Below are positions 33,222 through 44,976 of a stretch of 64,000 nt of DNA, piece by piece. This stretch comes from Escherichia coli (GTDB taxonomy: Bacteria; Pseudomonadota; Gammaproteobacteria; Enterobacterales; Enterobacteriaceae), in the NCBI RefSeq assembly GCF_044324875.1, contig NZ_CP172185.1; one strand, 5' to 3'. Position numbers and translations under genes: made by a program. The notes below the pieces were generated by a model. The model was not told the origin of the DNA and searched no databases. It was given only the letters and a program-made list of their open reading frames with translations. Numbering within the stretch: the first letter of the stretch is position 1; the number at the start of each line of letters is the position of its first letter.

Positions 33222-35612
33222 ATGGCAATTAACAATACAGGCTCGCGACGATTACTCGTCACGCTAACAGCCCTTTTTGCAGCGCTTTGCGGGCTGTATC
33301 TACTCATTGGCGGAGGCTGGCTGGTCGCGATTGGCGGCTCCTGGTACTACCCTATCGCTGGTCTTGTGATGCTCGGCGTCGCCTGGATGCTGTGGCGCAG
33401 TAAACGTGCTGCGCTTTGGCTGTACGCCGCCCTGCTGCTCGGCACCATGATTTGGGGCGTCTGGGAAGTTGGTTTCGACTTCTGGGCGCTGACTCCGCGC
33501 AGCGACATTCTGGTCTTCTTCGGCATCTGGCTGATCCTGCCGTTTGTCTGGCGTCGCCTGGTCATTCCTGCCAGCGGCGCAGTTGCCGCACTGGTGGTGG
33601 CACTGTTGATTAGCGGTGGTATCCTGACCTGGGCCGGATTTAACGATCCGCAGGAAATCAACGGCACCTTAAGCGCCGATGCCACACCTGCCGAAGCCAT
33701 CTCCCCCGTTGCCGATCAGGACTGGCCTGCCTATGGTCGCAATCAGGAAGGTCAACGCTTTTCACCTCTGAAACAAATTAACGCTGATAACGTCCACAAC
33801 CTTAAAGAAGCCTGGGTGTTCCGGACTGGCGATGTGAAGCAGCCGAACGATCCAGGTGAAATCACCAATGAAGTGACGCCAATTAAAGTGGGCGACACCC
33901 TTTACCTGTGTACCGCGCACCAGCGCCTGTTTGCGCTCGATGCCGCCAGCGGCAAAGAGAAATGGCATTACGATCCTGAGCTGAAGACCAACGAGTCTTT
34001 CCAGCACGTAACCTGTCGTGGCGTCTCTTATCATGAAGCCAAAGCAGAAACCGCTTCGCCGGAAGTGATGGCGGATTGCCCGCGTCGTATCATTCTTCCG
34101 GTCAATGATGGTCGCCTGATTGCGATTAACGCTGAAAACGGCAAGCTGTGCGAAACCTTCGCTAATAAAGGCGTGCTCAATCTGCAAAGCAATATGCCGG
34201 ACACCAAGCCGGGTCTGTATGAGCCGACTTCGCCGCCGATTATCACCGATAAAACCATCGTGATGGCCGGTTCAGTCACCGATAACTTCTCAACCCGCGA
34301 AACGTCTGGCGTGATCCGTGGTTTTGATGTCAACACCGGGGAGCTGCTGTGGGCTTTTGATCCGGGCGCGAAAGATCCGAACGCAATCCCGTCTGACGAA
34401 CACACCTTTACCTTTAACTCACCAAACTCGTGGGCACCAGCGGCCTATGACGCGAAGCTGGATCTGGTCTATCTGCCGATGGGCGTGACCACGCCGGATA
34501 TCTGGGGCGGTAACCGCACACCGGAACAGGAACGTTATGCCAGCTCGATTCTGGCGCTGAATGCCACTACCGGGAAACTGGCGTGGAGCTACCAGACCGT
34601 TCATCACGACCTGTGGGATATGGATCTTCCGGCACAGCCGACGCTGGCGGACATCACCGTTAACGGTCAAAAGGTTCCGGTCATTTATGCTCCAGCGAAA
34701 ACCGGTAACATTTTTGTGCTCGATCGTCGTAACGGCGAACTGGTGGTTCCGGCACCGGAAAAACCGGTTCCCCAAGGTGCTGCCAAAGGCGATTACGTAA
34801 CCCCAACTCAACCGTTTTCTGAACTGAGCTTCCGTCCGACGAAAGATTTGAGCGGTGCGGATATGTGGGGAGCCACCATGTTTGACCAGCTGGTGTGCCG
34901 CGTGATGTTCCACCAGATGCGCTATGAAGGCATTTTCACCCCGCCATCTGAACAGGGTACGCTGGTCTTCCCGGGCAACCTGGGGATGTTCGAATGGGGC
35001 GGGATTTCCGTTGATCCGAATCGTGAAGTGGCAATTGCCAACCCAATGGCACTGCCGTTTGTTTCGAAACTGATCCCACGCGGTCCTGGTAACCCGATGG
35101 AGCAGCCGAAAGATGCCAAAGGCACGGGTACGGAATCCGGCATTCAGCCGCAGTACGGTGTACCGTATGGCGTCACGCTCAATCCGTTCCTCTCACCGTT
35201 TGGTCTGCCATGTAAACAGCCAGCATGGGGTTATATTTCGGCGCTGGATCTGAAAACCAATGAAGTGGTGTGGAAGAAACGTATTGGTACGCCGCAGGAC
35301 AGTATGCCGTTCCCGATGCCGGTTCCGGTGCCGTTCAATATGGGGATGCCGATGCTGGGCGGGCCAATCTCCACAGCGGGTAACGTACTGTTTATCGCCG
35401 CTACGGCAGATAACTACCTGCGCGCTTACAACATGAGCAACGGTGAAAAACTGTGGCAGGGTCGTTTACCAGCGGGTGGTCAGGCTACGCCAATGACCTA
35501 TGAAGTGAATGGTAAGCAGTATGTGGTGATCTCCGCAGGCGGTCACGGTTCATTTGGTACGAAGATGGGCGACTATATTGTGGCTTATGCGCTGCCGGAT
35601 GATGTGAAGTAA
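33222..35612 (+). CDS. gcd: PQQ-dependent membrane glucose dehydrogenase
   Basis: Start at MAINNTGSRRLL (796 aa); N-terminal TM helices plus PQQ beta-propeller. Confidence 0.95.
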   Translation: MAINNTGSRRLLVTLTALFAALCGLYLLIGGGWLVAIGGSWYYPIAGLVMLGVAWMLWRSKRAALWLYAALLLGTMIWGVWEVGFDFWALTPRSDILVFFGIWLILPFVWRRLVIPASGAVAALVVALLISGGILTWAGFNDPQEINGTLSADATPAEAISPVADQDWPAYGRNQEGQRFSPLKQINADNVHNLKEAWVFRTGDVKQPNDPGEITNEVTPIKVGDTLYLCTAHQRLFALDAASGKEKWHYDPELKTNESFQHVTCRGVSYHEAKAETASPEVMADCPRRIILPVNDGRLIAINAENGKLCETFANKGVLNLQSNMPDTKPGLYEPTSPPIITDKTIVMAGSVTDNFSTRETSGVIRGFDVNTGELLWAFDPGAKDPNAIPSDEHTFTFNSPNSWAPAAYDAKLDLVYLPMGVTTPDIWGGNRTPEQERYASSILALNATTGKLAWSYQTVHHDLWDMDLPAQPTLADITVNGQKVPVIYAPAKTGNIFVLDRRNGELVVPAPEKPVPQGAAKGDYVTPTQPFSELSFRPTKDLSGADMWGATMFDQLVCRVMFHQMRYEGIFTPPSEQGTLVFPGNLGMFEWGGISVDPNREVAIANPMALPFVSKLIPRGPGNPMEQPKDAKGTGTESGIQPQYGVPYGVTLNPFLSPFGLPCKQPAWGYISALDLKTNEVVWKKRIGTPQDSMPFPMPVPVPFNMGMPMLGGPISTAGNVLFIAATADNYLRAYNMSNGEKLWQGRLPAGGQATPMTYEVNGKQYVVISAGGHGSFGTKMGDYIVAYALPDDVK

Positions 35613-35658
35613 CCATAATGCCCGGAGAGATCCGGGCATATTTCCGAATACGGTCTTT

Positions 35659-37209
35659 TTATACCGTAAACCCTAACATCATCCCCGTATCTTCATGCTC
35701 CAGCAGATGGCAGTGCGCCATATAAGCATGTTCTTTCGGTGCATCGTGATTAAACTTCACCAGCACTTCGCTGACATTACCTTCTACCTTAACGGTATCT
35801 TTCCAGCCCGCGCGATGAGCGGCTGGCGGTTTGCCATTTTCTGACAAGATACGGAACTGCGTGCCGTGAATATGGAACGGATGCAGCATCATGTCGCCCA
35901 CGCCAGAGATAACCCAACGTTCGTACTGCCCTTTCGCCGCCGCAAACATCGGCTTATTCATATCAAACGCCTGACCGTTGATTTTATTGGCATGGTGGAA
36001 ATCGAACTTCCCGCCGTGGTTCATATGATTCATATTGCCGTGCCCCATATGGCCCATCATCTGGCTGTGATCCATCCCGGCCATCGCCTGATCGCCATAT
36101 TTCTCCATCAGCATCTGCATCCCCATCATATCGAGCATCGGGTCCATAGAGAGTTGCAGCTTACGTACCGTCAGCCCTTCCAGCGAAGGTAATGCTGGCA
36201 GGCTACTTAATGTGTCTGGCAAAGCACCAGAGGCACTAATGGCAATCGGCTGAATCCGCATTACCGGATGCGGCTTATCAAAAGGCGCAATCGCCATTCC
36301 CATCTGGCTGACCGGCAGCGTCACCAGGTCAAAGGGGTTGTTGTCGTTAACCTCCACCAGCACTTCAAAACGCTCGCCCATCAGCACGGGAAGCTCGCTC
36401 ACCTTCACCGGTTCAGGTAGCAGACCACCGTCGCTGGCAATCACATACAGCGGGCGATTGTCGCTGGTGGCGAAATTGAGCGAGCGGGCGTTACAGCCAT
36501 TGAGCAAACGCAGGCGCAGCCAACCACGCGGGGCAGCGTGTTGTGGGTAGATTGCACCGTTGGTCAGCAACGTATCGCCAAACCAGCCCACGGCGGCGGT
36601 CATCACATCCAGTTGATAATCAATCTGCCCGTCAGCGCTAAATTTCTTATCCTGAACGATCACCGGAACATCATCGATACCCCACTGTTTTGGCAACATT
36701 AATTTCAGGATCTCGTCATCTTCAATCACCACCAGACCAGCCAGCCCCATCGCCACCTGTCGCCCGGTCTTGCCATGTTGATGTGGATGGAACCAGCAGG
36801 TAGCGGCAGGTTGATCAACGTTCAACGTCACCGAGCGCTTGCCACCTGGCGGAATGATTCCCTGCGGGCCGCCGTCGACTTCACCCGGTACTTCCAGCCC
36901 GTGCCAGTGCAACGTCGTCTCTTCCGTCAGTTGGTTATAGATATCAACCGTTACCGCTTTGCCGCGCTGTAATTTCACCGCCGGCCCCAGCAGATTGCCG
37001 TTATAGCCCCAGGTAGTTGCAGTTTTCTCGCCAAAGGTGGACTGACCTGCGCCAATAGTTAACTGAATGCGATTACGGGCATCGGTCGTGAGCAAATCAG
37101 GGATCGGTAACGTTGGGCGTTCCGCCGCAAATACTGCGCGGCTCCACAGCGGTAAGGCTGAAGCCACGCCCAGCGCGACGGAATATTTTAAGAAATCACG
37201 ACGTTGCAT
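35659..37209 (-). CDS. cueO: multicopper oxidase CueO
   Basis: Tat signal [22 protein letters not shown]; copper-site HxH motifs; Met-rich insert ([18 protein letters not shown]). Confidence 0.95.
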   Translation of the reverse strand: MQRRDFLKYSVALGVASALPLWSRAVFAAERPTLPIPDLLTTDARNRIQLTIGAGQSTFGEKTATTWGYNGNLLGPAVKLQRGKAVTVDIYNQLTEETTLHWHGLEVPGEVDGGPQGIIPPGGKRSVTLNVDQPAATCWFHPHQHGKTGRQVAMGLAGLVVIEDDEILKLMLPKQWGIDDVPVIVQDKKFSADGQIDYQLDVMTAAVGWFGDTLLTNGAIYPQHAAPRGWLRLRLLNGCNARSLNFATSDNRPLYVIASDGGLLPEPVKVSELPVLMGERFEVLVEVNDNNPFDLVTLPVSQMGMAIAPFDKPHPVMRIQPIAISASGALPDTLSSLPALPSLEGLTVRKLQLSMDPMLDMMGMQMLMEKYGDQAMAGMDHSQMMGHMGHGNMNHMNHGGKFDFHHANKINGQAFDMNKPMFAAAKGQYERWVISGVGDMMLHPFHIHGTQFRILSENGKPPAAHRAGWKDTVKVEGNVSEVLVKFNHDAPKEHAYMAHCHLLEHEDTGMMLGFTV

Positions 37210-37374
37210 AGTTATTTCCTTATTCTTAAGCAGGCGAAACAAAATCAAACGTTGAGCATAGTCCTTCCCCTTACGGGAAGGTCAAGCCGCAGACACAATT
37301 TAATCGACAATAATGGTCGTCGCCTCGCTCGCAGTGTGCTAACGTTTATCTTCTTTAAGCCCCTGGTAGAAGCA

Positions 37375-37722
37375 ATGAAGACGTTTTTCAGAACAGTGTT
37401 ATTCGGCAGCCTGATGGCCGTCTGCGCAAACAGTTACGCGCTCAGCGAGTCTGAAGCCGAAGATATGGCCGATTTAACGGCAGTTTTTGTCTTTCTGAAG
37501 AACGATTGTGGTTACCAGAACTTACCTAACGGGCAAATTCGTCGCGCACTGGTCTTTTTCGCCCAGCAAAACCAGTGGGATCTCAGTAATTACGACACCT
37601 TCGACATGAAAACCCTCGGTGAAGACAGCTACCGCGATCTCAGCGGCATTGGCATTCCCGTCGCTAAAAAGTGCAAAGCCCTGGCTCGCGATTCCTTAAG
37701 CCTGCTTGCCTACGTCAAATAA
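37375..37722 (+). CDS. yacC: exported protein YacC
   Basis: 115 aa from MKTFFRTVLFGSLMAVCANSYA; ORF-track start extends upstream into cueO. Confidence 0.85.
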   Translation: MKTFFRTVLFGSLMAVCANSYALSESEAEDMADLTAVFVFLKNDCGYQNLPNGQIRRALVFFAQQNQWDLSNYDTFDMKTLGEDSYRDLSGIGIPVAKKCKALARDSLSLLAYVK

Positions 37723-37827
37723 TCCCTGATACCTTTTTGTAGAAATATTGACCGTGCATCCGCGGTCAATGTTAGCTATTATGTTGCGCCCTTTTTTTAC
37801 GGGTGTTAACAAAGGAGGTATCAACCC

Positions 37828-38694
37828 ATGGCCGAAAAAAAACAGTGGCATGAAACGCTACACGACCAGTTTGGGCAGTACTTTGCGGTAGATAACGTTC
37901 TGTATCATGAAAAGACCGATCACCAGGATCTGATCATTTTTGAGAACGCTGCATTTGGCCGCGTAATGGCGCTGGATGGCGTAGTACAAACCACCGAGCG
38001 CGACGAGTTTATCTATCATGAGATGATGACCCATGTTCCGCTACTGGCCCACGGTCACGCGAAACATGTGCTGATTATCGGCGGCGGCGACGGTGCCATG
38101 CTGCGTGAAGTGACCCGACATAAAAACGTTGAGTCAATCACGATGGTGGAAATCGATGCGAGTGTCGTGTCGTTCTGCCGTCAGTATCTACCCAACCATA
38201 ACGCTGGTAGCTACGACGATCCGCGCTTTAAACTGGTGATCGACGATGGCGTCAATTTCGTTAATCAAACCAACCAGACTTTTGATGTCATTATCTCCGA
38301 CTGCACCGATCCTATCGGTCCCGGCGAAAGTCTGTTCACCTCAGCATTTTATGAAGGTTGTAAACGCTGCCTGAATCCTGGCGGTATCTTCGTCGCACAA
38401 AACGGCGTCTGCTTTTTACAGCAGGAAGAGGCTATCGACAGTCATCGCAAACTCAGCCATTACTTCAGCGACGTTGGCTTTTATCAGGCGGCGATCCCGA
38501 CCTATTACGGCGGCATCATGACCTTTGCATGGGCGACAGATAACGATGCCTTACGCCATCTCTCAACCGAAATTATTCAGGCGCGTTTTCTCGCTTCTGG
38601 CCTGAAATGCCGTTATTACAATCCGGCAATCCATACGGCAGCTTTTGCCTTACCTCAGTATCTGCAAGACGCACTGGCTTCACAGCCGTCCTAA
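37828..38694 (+). CDS. speE: spermidine synthase
   Basis: 288 aa [19 protein letters not shown]; GGGDG motif. Confidence 0.96.
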   Translation: MAEKKQWHETLHDQFGQYFAVDNVLYHEKTDHQDLIIFENAAFGRVMALDGVVQTTERDEFIYHEMMTHVPLLAHGHAKHVLIIGGGDGAMLREVTRHKNVESITMVEIDASVVSFCRQYLPNHNAGSYDDPRFKLVIDDGVNFVNQTNQTFDVIISDCTDPIGPGESLFTSAFYEGCKRCLNPGGIFVAQNGVCFLQQEEAIDSHRKLSHYFSDVGFYQAAIPTYYGGIMTFAWATDNDALRHLSTEIIQARFLASGLKCRYYNPAIHTAAFALPQYLQDALASQPS

Positions 38695-38709
38695 GGAGAA
38701 GATAAGAAA

Positions 38710-39504
38710 TTGAAAAAACTGAAACTGCATGGCTTTAATAATCTGACCAAAAGTCTGAGTTTTTGTATTTACGATATCTGCTACGCCAAAACTGCCGAAG
38801 AACGCGACGGTTATATTGCTTATATCGATGAACTCTATAATGCCAACCGTCTGACCGAAATCTTGTCAGAAACCTGTTCCATTATCGGGGCCAATATTCT
38901 TAACATCGCCCGCCAGGATTACGAACCACAGGGTGCCAGCGTCACTATTCTGGTGAGTGAAGAACCGGTTGACCCGAAACTCATCGACAAAACAGAACAC
39001 CCCGGCCCACTGCCAGAAACGGTCGTTGCCCATCTCGATAAAAGTCATATTTGCGTACATACCTACCCGGAAAGTCATCCTGAAGGCGGTTTATGTACCT
39101 TCCGCGCCGATATTGAAGTCTCTACCTGCGGCGTGATTTCTCCGCTGAAGGCGCTGAATTACCTGATCCACCAGCTTGAGTCCGATATCGTAACCATTGA
39201 TTATCGCGTGCGCGGTTTTACTCGCGACATTAACGGTATGAAGCACTTTATCGACCATGAGATTAATTCGATTCAGAACTTTATGTCTGACGATATGAAG
39301 GCGCTGTATGACATGGTGGATGTAAACGTCTATCAGGAAAATATCTTCCATACCAAGATGTTGCTTAAAGAGTTCGACCTTAAGCACTATATGTTCCACA
39401 CCAAACCGGAAGATTTAACCGACAGCGAGCGCCAGGAAATTACCGCTGCGCTGTGGAAAGAAATGCGCGAGATTTATTACGGGCGCAATATGCCCGCTGT
39501 TTAA
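38710..39504 (+). CDS. speD: S-adenosylmethionine decarboxylase proenzyme
   Basis: 264 aa, TTG start after AAGGAG; [18 protein letters not shown]. Confidence 0.95.
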
Positions 39505-39509
39505 CGGCT

Positions 39510-39541
39510 CTGGCGGAGCTCGCGGGCTCCGCCAGATTTAT
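39510..39541 (+). terminator. speD intrinsic terminator
   Basis: ctggcggagc-tcgcgg-gctccgccag followed by atttattt. Confidence 0.65.
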
Positions 39542-39904
39542 TTACTTTTGCTGCACGAAATTACGATAAGCAGCCACCACCTGCAGAAAATCCTCAACGC
39601 CGCATAGCGACAGGCTTTCTTCGTCGTAGTAGTTCATCCCCTCTTCCATTTCATCGCCAGCGAATTCCAGTTGATTGGCGCGAACCATCACTTCTTCGCC
39701 GTCCATCCATAGCGTGTACTCATGCCCTGCCCGCTGCCAGGAACGTTCGCTACCTTTGAGCGTGCGCGCGGCGTCTTCTACTTCATCAAGCAAGGCCAGG
39801 TTTTCTTTCACCTCTTCGTTAAACCAGTGCCCGACCACTTCATGCCCCATGGACATACGCACCTTTACCACTCCGGTAATATCACGCAGAAATTCGTAAT
39901 CCAT
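39542..39904 (-). CDS. yacL: UPF0231 family protein YacL
   Basis: 120 aa from [15 protein letters not shown]; acidic. Confidence 0.85.
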   Translation of the reverse strand: MDYEFLRDITGVVKVRMSMGHEVVGHWFNEEVKENLALLDEVEDAARTLKGSERSWQRAGHEYTLWMDGEEVMVRANQLEFAGDEMEEGMNYYDEESLSLCGVEDFLQVVAAYRNFVQQK

Positions 39905-40013
39905 AGTGTGTTCCTCTGCTCCCGGCAATGCGCCATTACTGCATTGCACCTTAGGTTTAATTATCACAGCACTATGCAAGATTAAAAGGTGGAAAAGAAT
40001 AAGGAATAAAAAT

Positions 40014-40045
40014 AAACCCCCTTTCCTTGAGCAGAAAGGGGGTTT
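40014..40045 (-). terminator. acnB intrinsic terminator
   Basis: Perfect 12-bp stem aaaccccctttc / gaaagggggttt; U-rich tail on the minus transcript. Confidence 0.75.
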
Positions 40046-40100
40046 AAAGAAGTGTTACTTGTCAGGTATTCAGGAGAACACCTGAGCTATTTTCAGGCTG

Positions 40101-42698
40101 TTACACCGCAGTCTGGAAAATCACCCCGTCCGCTTTTTCGGTGTACTGAGAAAGCTGGTTGAAGTTCAGGTAACGGTAAGTATCAACGGCAGTTTTATCC
40201 ACCTGTGCCACGTAGGTCTGGTACTCTTCCGGCGTCGGTAGTTTGCCAATCAGCGCCGCAACAGCAGCCAGTTCCGCAGAAGCCAGGAAGACATTCGCGC
40301 CAGTACCCAGACGGTTCGGGAAGTTACGGGTAGAGGTGGAAACCACCGTCGCACCGTCTGCTACACGCGCCTGGTTACCCATACACAGGGAACAGCCAGG
40401 GATCTCGATACGCGCACCGCTCTTACCGAAGACGCTGTAGTAGCCTTCTTCGGTCAACTGCGCGGCGTCCATACGGGTTGGCGGTGCCACCCACAGGCGG
40501 GTCGGCAACTGGCCTTTATGCGCATCCAGCAGTTTACCCGCAGCACGGAAGTGACCGATGTTGGTCATGCAGGAACCGATAAACACTTCGTCGATCTTCT
40601 CACCCTGTACCGCAGACAGCGGACGTGCGTCATCCGGATCGTTCGGAGCACACAGGATTGGCTCTTTAATATCCGCCAGATCGATGTCGATCACTGCCGC
40701 GTATTCCGCATCTGCATCGGCTTCCAGCAGCTCAGGATTCGCCAGCCATTTTTCCATGCCCTGAATACGACGTTCCAGGGTACGACGATCGCCGTAACCT
40801 TCCGCGATCATCCACTTCAGCAGGACGATGTTGGAGTTCAGGTATTCGATGATCGGTTCTTTGTTCAGCTTGATAGTACAACCAGCGGCAGAACGCTCGG
40901 CGGACGCATCGGTCAGCTCAAAGGCCTGCTCAACTTTCAGATCCGGCAGACCTTCAATTTCCAGAATGCGACCAGAGAAGATGTTTTTCTTGCCTTTCTT
41001 CTCAACGGTCAGCAGACCTTGTTTGATCGCATACAGCGGAATAGCGTGTACCAGATCGCGCAGGGTGATGCCCGGCTGCATTTTGCCTTTGAAGCGCACC
41101 AGAACGGATTCCGGCATATCCAGCGGCATTACGCCTGTTGCGGCTGCAAATGCCACCAGACCAGAACCCGCCGGGAAAGAAATGCCGATCGGGAAACGGG
41201 TATGGGAGTCACCACCGGTACCGACGGTATCCGGCAGCAGCATACGGTTCAGCCAGGAGTGGATTACGCCGTCACCCGGACGCAGCGACACACCACCACG
41301 GTTCATAATGAAGTCCGGCAGCGTGTGGTGCGTGTTCACGTCAACTGGCTTCGGATACGCCGCGGTGTGGCAGAAAGACTGCATCACCAGGTCAGCCGAG
41401 AAGCCCAGGCACGCCAGGTCTTTCAGTTCATCACGGGTCATCGGGCCGGTGGTGTCCTGGGAACCTACAGAAGTCATTTTCGGTTCGCAGTACGCGCCCG
41501 GACGAATGCCTTTCACGCCGCAGGCACGACCTACCATTTTCTGCGCCAGCGAGAAGCCGCGGTCGCTCTCAGCGACATCTTTCGCCTGACGGAACACATC
41601 GCTGTGCGGCAGACCAAGTGCTTCACGCGCTTTGGTGGTCAGGCCACGCCCGATAATCAGCGGAATACGACCACCGGCACGCACTTCATCAATCAGCACG
41701 TCGGTTTTCAGTTCGAAGGTCGCCAGCAGTTCGCCGGTTTCGTGGTTACGCACTTCACCTTTGTACGGGTAAACGTCAATTACGTCACCCATGTTCAGGT
41801 TAGAGACGTCCACTTCAATTGGCAGTGCACCCGCATCTTCCATCGTGTTAAAGAAGATGGGTGCAATTTTACCGCCGAGGCACAAACCACCGCCGCGTTT
41901 GTTCGGCACATGTGGAATATCATCGCCCATAAACCACAGAACGGAGTTCGTGGCGGATTTACGCGATGAACCCGTACCCACAACGTCACCGACGTACGCC
42001 AGCGGGAAACCTTTCTGTTGCAGAGCTTCAATCTGTTTGATCGGACCAACAACACCAGGCTGATCTGGCTCAATACCTTCACGGGCGTTTTTCAGCATCG
42101 CCAGCGCGTGCAGTGGGATATCCGGGCGTGACCACGCATCCGGTGCCGGAGAAAGGTCATCGGTGTTGGTTTCGCCTGTGACTTTGAAGACGGTAACGGT
42201 CAGTTTTTCAGCCAGTGCCGGGCGATTCAGGAACCATTCGGCATCCGCCCAGGACTGCATTACCTGCTTCGCATATTCGTTGCCTGCTTTGGCTTTCTCT
42301 TCTACGTCATAGAAGTTATCGAACATCAGCAGCGTGTGAGAAAGTGCTTTGGCAGCGATCGGTGCCAGTTTGGCATCATCCAGCGCGTCGATCAGCGGAT
42401 GAATGTTGTAACCACCCTGCATAGTGCCCAGCAGTTCGATGGCTTTTTCCGGAGTCAGCAGAGGGGATTTGGCTTCGCCTTTAGCAATAGCAGCCAGGAA
42501 GCCTGCTTTTACATAGGCGGCTTCATCGACGCCTGGGGGAACACGGTTGGTTAACAGATCTAACAGGAATTCTTCTTCGCCCGCGGGCGGGTTTTTCAGC
42601 AGCTCTACAAGCGCGGCCATTTGGTTTGCATCCAGGGGTTTGGGCGCAATCCCCTCAGCGGCACGCTCAGCTACGTGCTTACGGTATTCTTCTAGCAC
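40101..42698 (-). CDS. acnB: aconitate hydratase B
   Basis: 865 aa from a GTG start at (M)[16 protein letters not shown] with GGAGAA Shine-Dalgarno; ORF-track start is an upstream extension. Confidence 0.95.
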   Translation of the reverse strand: MLEEYRKHVAERAAEGIAPKPLDANQMAALVELLKNPPAGEEEFLLDLLTNRVPPGVDEAAYVKAGFLAAIAKGEAKSPLLTPEKAIELLGTMQGGYNIHPLIDALDDAKLAPIAAKALSHTLLMFDNFYDVEEKAKAGNEYAKQVMQSWADAEWFLNRPALAEKLTVTVFKVTGETNTDDLSPAPDAWSRPDIPLHALAMLKNAREGIEPDQPGVVGPIKQIEALQQKGFPLAYVGDVVGTGSSRKSATNSVLWFMGDDIPHVPNKRGGGLCLGGKIAPIFFNTMEDAGALPIEVDVSNLNMGDVIDVYPYKGEVRNHETGELLATFELKTDVLIDEVRAGGRIPLIIGRGLTTKAREALGLPHSDVFRQAKDVAESDRGFSLAQKMVGRACGVKGIRPGAYCEPKMTSVGSQDTTGPMTRDELKDLACLGFSADLVMQSFCHTAAYPKPVDVNTHHTLPDFIMNRGGVSLRPGDGVIHSWLNRMLLPDTVGTGGDSHTRFPIGISFPAGSGLVAFAAATGVMPLDMPESVLVRFKGKMQPGITLRDLVHAIPLYAIKQGLLTVEKKGKKNIFSGRILEIEGLPDLKVEQAFELTDASAERSAAGCTIKLNKEPIIEYLNSNIVLLKWMIAEGYGDRRTLERRIQGMEKWLANPELLEADADAEYAAVIDIDLADIKEPILCAPNDPDDARPLSAVQGEKIDEVFIGSCMTNIGHFRAAGKLLDAHKGQLPTRLWVAPPTRMDAAQLTEEGYYSVFGKSGARIEIPGCSLCMGNQARVADGATVVSTSTRNFPNRLGTGANVFLASAELAAVAALIGKLPTPEEYQTYVAQVDKTAVDTYRYLNFNQLSQYTEKADGVIFQTAV

Positions 42699-43052
42699 GA
42701 CGGTTCTCCTCGCTCTCATTGTCATAGTGCGGCAGGCGATTCTCTTCACGCTCCTGTGAGACAGCAGTTTGTAGGGTAAATGCCCAGTACCGCAACGGGC
42801 AGAATAGCAGGATTTTGATGATGTGTTAATCCGTTTACAAAAAAGCAACATAAAAAAGTGGCTGAATCGTTAAGGATGGTCTAGAGATTGTTTCCCTCCG
42901 TAAAAACTTCGTTAATTCGCATGGTTATAATCACCTTTCTCAACAAATCCCAAGATTAGTCAAAATTTAAACTACCGCCTCTTTATACTCGGATTCACAG
43001 CACCTGCGGGTGGCAGTTCGCCGACCATTGCGATTTCCTTGAGATCCGAATT

Positions 43053-44906
43053 ATGAAAATGACTTTGCCGTTTAAACCCCATGTGCTGGCGCTCATTTGC
43101 AGTGCCGGGCTTTGTGCCGCCTCTGCCGGGCTATATATAAAAAGTCGCACAGTGGAAGCGCCTGTGGAAGCGCAATCGACACAACAGACTGCGCCTGACA
43201 TCACCGCGGTTACGCTTCCTGCAACGGTTTCCGCGCCTCCCGTAACACCCGCCGTCGTCAAATCCGCATTCAACACTGCACAAATAGATCAATGGGTTGC
43301 GCCTGTCGCGCTGTACCCCGACGCTCTGCTTTCACAAGTGTTAATGGCATCAACCTATCCGGCAAACGTTGCGCAAGCAGTACAATGGTCGCACGATAAC
43401 CCACTTAAACAAGGCGATACTGCTATTCAGGCGGTATCTGACCAGCCGTGGGACGCCAGCGTTAAATCACTGGTGGCCTTTCCACAATTGATGGCATTGA
43501 TGGGCGAGAACCCGCAATGGGTGCAAAACCTGGGCGATGCTTTTCTGGCGCAGCCGCAGGACGTGATGGACTCGGTACAGCGATTGCGGCAACTGGCGCA
43601 ACAAACCGGCTCGCTGAAGTCATCAACTGAACAAAAGATCATCACGACAACGAAAAAAGTCGTACCGGTAAATCAGCCCGCCAACGCCCCTGCCACACAA
43701 TCAAATACCGTTTCTACGTCCAGCCCCGTCGTCGCAGAACCTGCACCGACCGTAATAACCATTGAGCCCGCCAATCCTGATGTGGTCTATATTCCCAACT
43801 ACAACCCAACCGTGGTTTACGGGAACTGGGCCAATACTGCGTATCCGCCGGTTTATCTGCCACCACCAGCCGGAGAACCGTTTGTTGACAGCTTTGTGCG
43901 CGGATTCGGCTATAGCATGGGCGTTGCTACCACGTACGCGCTATTCAGCAGCATCGACTGGGATGACGACGATCATGACCATCATCATCATGACGATGAT
44001 GATTATCATCACCACGATGGCGGTCATCGTGACGGTAATGACTGGCAACACAACGGCGACAACATCAATATCGACGTCAATAATTTCAACCGTATCACCG
44101 GTGAGCATCTTACTGATAAGAATATGGCATGGCGGCACAATCCAAACTACCGTGATGGTGTGCCCTATCATGATCAGGATATGGCAAAGCGGTTTCATCA
44201 AACCGATGTCAACGGCGGCATGAGCGCCACGCAGTTACCTGCTCCAACACGCGACAGCCAGCGTCAGGCGGCAGCAAGTCAGTTTCAGCAACGAACACAC
44301 GCCGCCCCCGTCATTACGCGAGATACCCAACGTCAGGCAGCGGCACAGCGGTTTAATGAAGCTGAACACTATGGGAGCTATGACGACTTCCGCGACTTCA
44401 GCCGTCGCCAGCCACTGACCCAGCAACAAAAGGACGCCGCTCGTCAGCGTTATCAGTCGGCCTCTCCTGAGCAGCGCCAGGCAGTCCGCGAGAAAATGCA
44501 GACTAACCCGCAGATCCAGCAGCGAAGAGAGGCAGCGCGTGAGCGTATTCAGTCCGCCTCGCCTGAGCAGCGCCAGGCGGTTCGCGAGAAAATGCAGACT
44601 AACCCGCAGAACCAGCAGCGAAAAGAGGCAGCTCGTGAGCGTATTCAGTCCGCATCACCAGAGCAGCGCCAGGTGTTTAAGGAAAAAGTACAGCAGCGCC
44701 CACTGAACCAACAGCAACGTGATAACGCCCGCCAGCGTATACAATCGGCATCACCTGAACAACGTCAGGTTTTTCGGGAGAAAGTTCAGGAGAGCCGCCC
44801 ACAACGTCTAAACGACAGTAACCATACTGTCAGGCTGAATAACGAGCAACGGTCAGCAGTACGCGAACGTCTCTCTGAGCGCGGAGCAAGGCGACTGGAA
44901 AGGTAA
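43053..44906 (+). CDS. yacH: DUF3300-type exported protein YacH
   Basis: 617 aa, signal peptide, His/Asp-rich tract and four 32-aa tandem repeats. Confidence 0.85.
   Translation: MKMTLPFKPHVLALICSAGLCAASAGLYIKSRTVEAPVEAQSTQQTAPDITAVTLPATVSAPPVTPAVVKSAFNTAQIDQWVAPVALYPDALLSQVLMASTYPANVAQAVQWSHDNPLKQGDTAIQAVSDQPWDASVKSLVAFPQLMALMGENPQWVQNLGDAFLAQPQDVMDSVQRLRQLAQQTGSLKSSTEQKIITTTKKVVPVNQPANAPATQSNTVSTSSPVVAEPAPTVITIEPANPDVVYIPNYNPTVVYGNWANTAYPPVYLPPPAGEPFVDSFVRGFGYSMGVATTYALFSSIDWDDDDHDHHHHDDDDYHHHDGGHRDGNDWQHNGDNINIDVNNFNRITGEHLTDKNMAWRHNPNYRDGVPYHDQDMAKRFHQTDVNGGMSATQLPAPTRDSQRQAAASQFQQRTHAAPVITRDTQRQAAAQRFNEAEHYGSYDDFRDFSRRQPLTQQQKDAARQRYQSASPEQRQAVREKMQTNPQIQQRREAARERIQSASPEQRQAVREKMQTNPQNQQRKEAARERIQSASPEQRQVFKEKVQQRPLNQQQRDNARQRIQSASPEQRQVFREKVQESRPQRLNDSNHTVRLNNEQRSAVRERLSERGARRLER
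44420..44810 (+). repeat. four ~96-bp in-frame tandem repeats in yacH
   Basis: Protein repeats QSASPEQRQAVREKMQTNPQ x4 with matching nucleotide periodicity; preceded by a His/Asp-rich tract near 43966-44040. Confidence 0.8.
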
Positions 44907-44916
44907 ATTACAGACG

Positions 44917-44948
44917 TAAAAAAAGCGGCGTGGTTAGCCGCTTTTTTA
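44917..44948. terminator. bidirectional terminator between yacH and lpd
   Basis: A-run, agcggc-gtggtta-gccgct hairpin, T-run. Confidence 0.7.
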
Positions 44949-44976
44949 ATTGCCAGATGTCCCGGCAAACGAAGAA

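Noticed and set aside
40518-41969. 483-aa plus-strand ORF inside acnB, and similar long antisense ORFs inside aceE (48774-51047), aceF (46681-47910, 47669-48361), lpd, fhuB and hrpB
   Set aside because: Shadow ORFs opposite highly expressed, codon-biased genes; no Shine-Dalgarno, low-complexity products, fully contained in well-supported genes
43762-44223. 153-aa and 86-aa ORFs with poly-Ile/Met/Thr runs overlapping yacH
   Set aside because: Alternate-frame readings of the yacH His/Asp codon repeats
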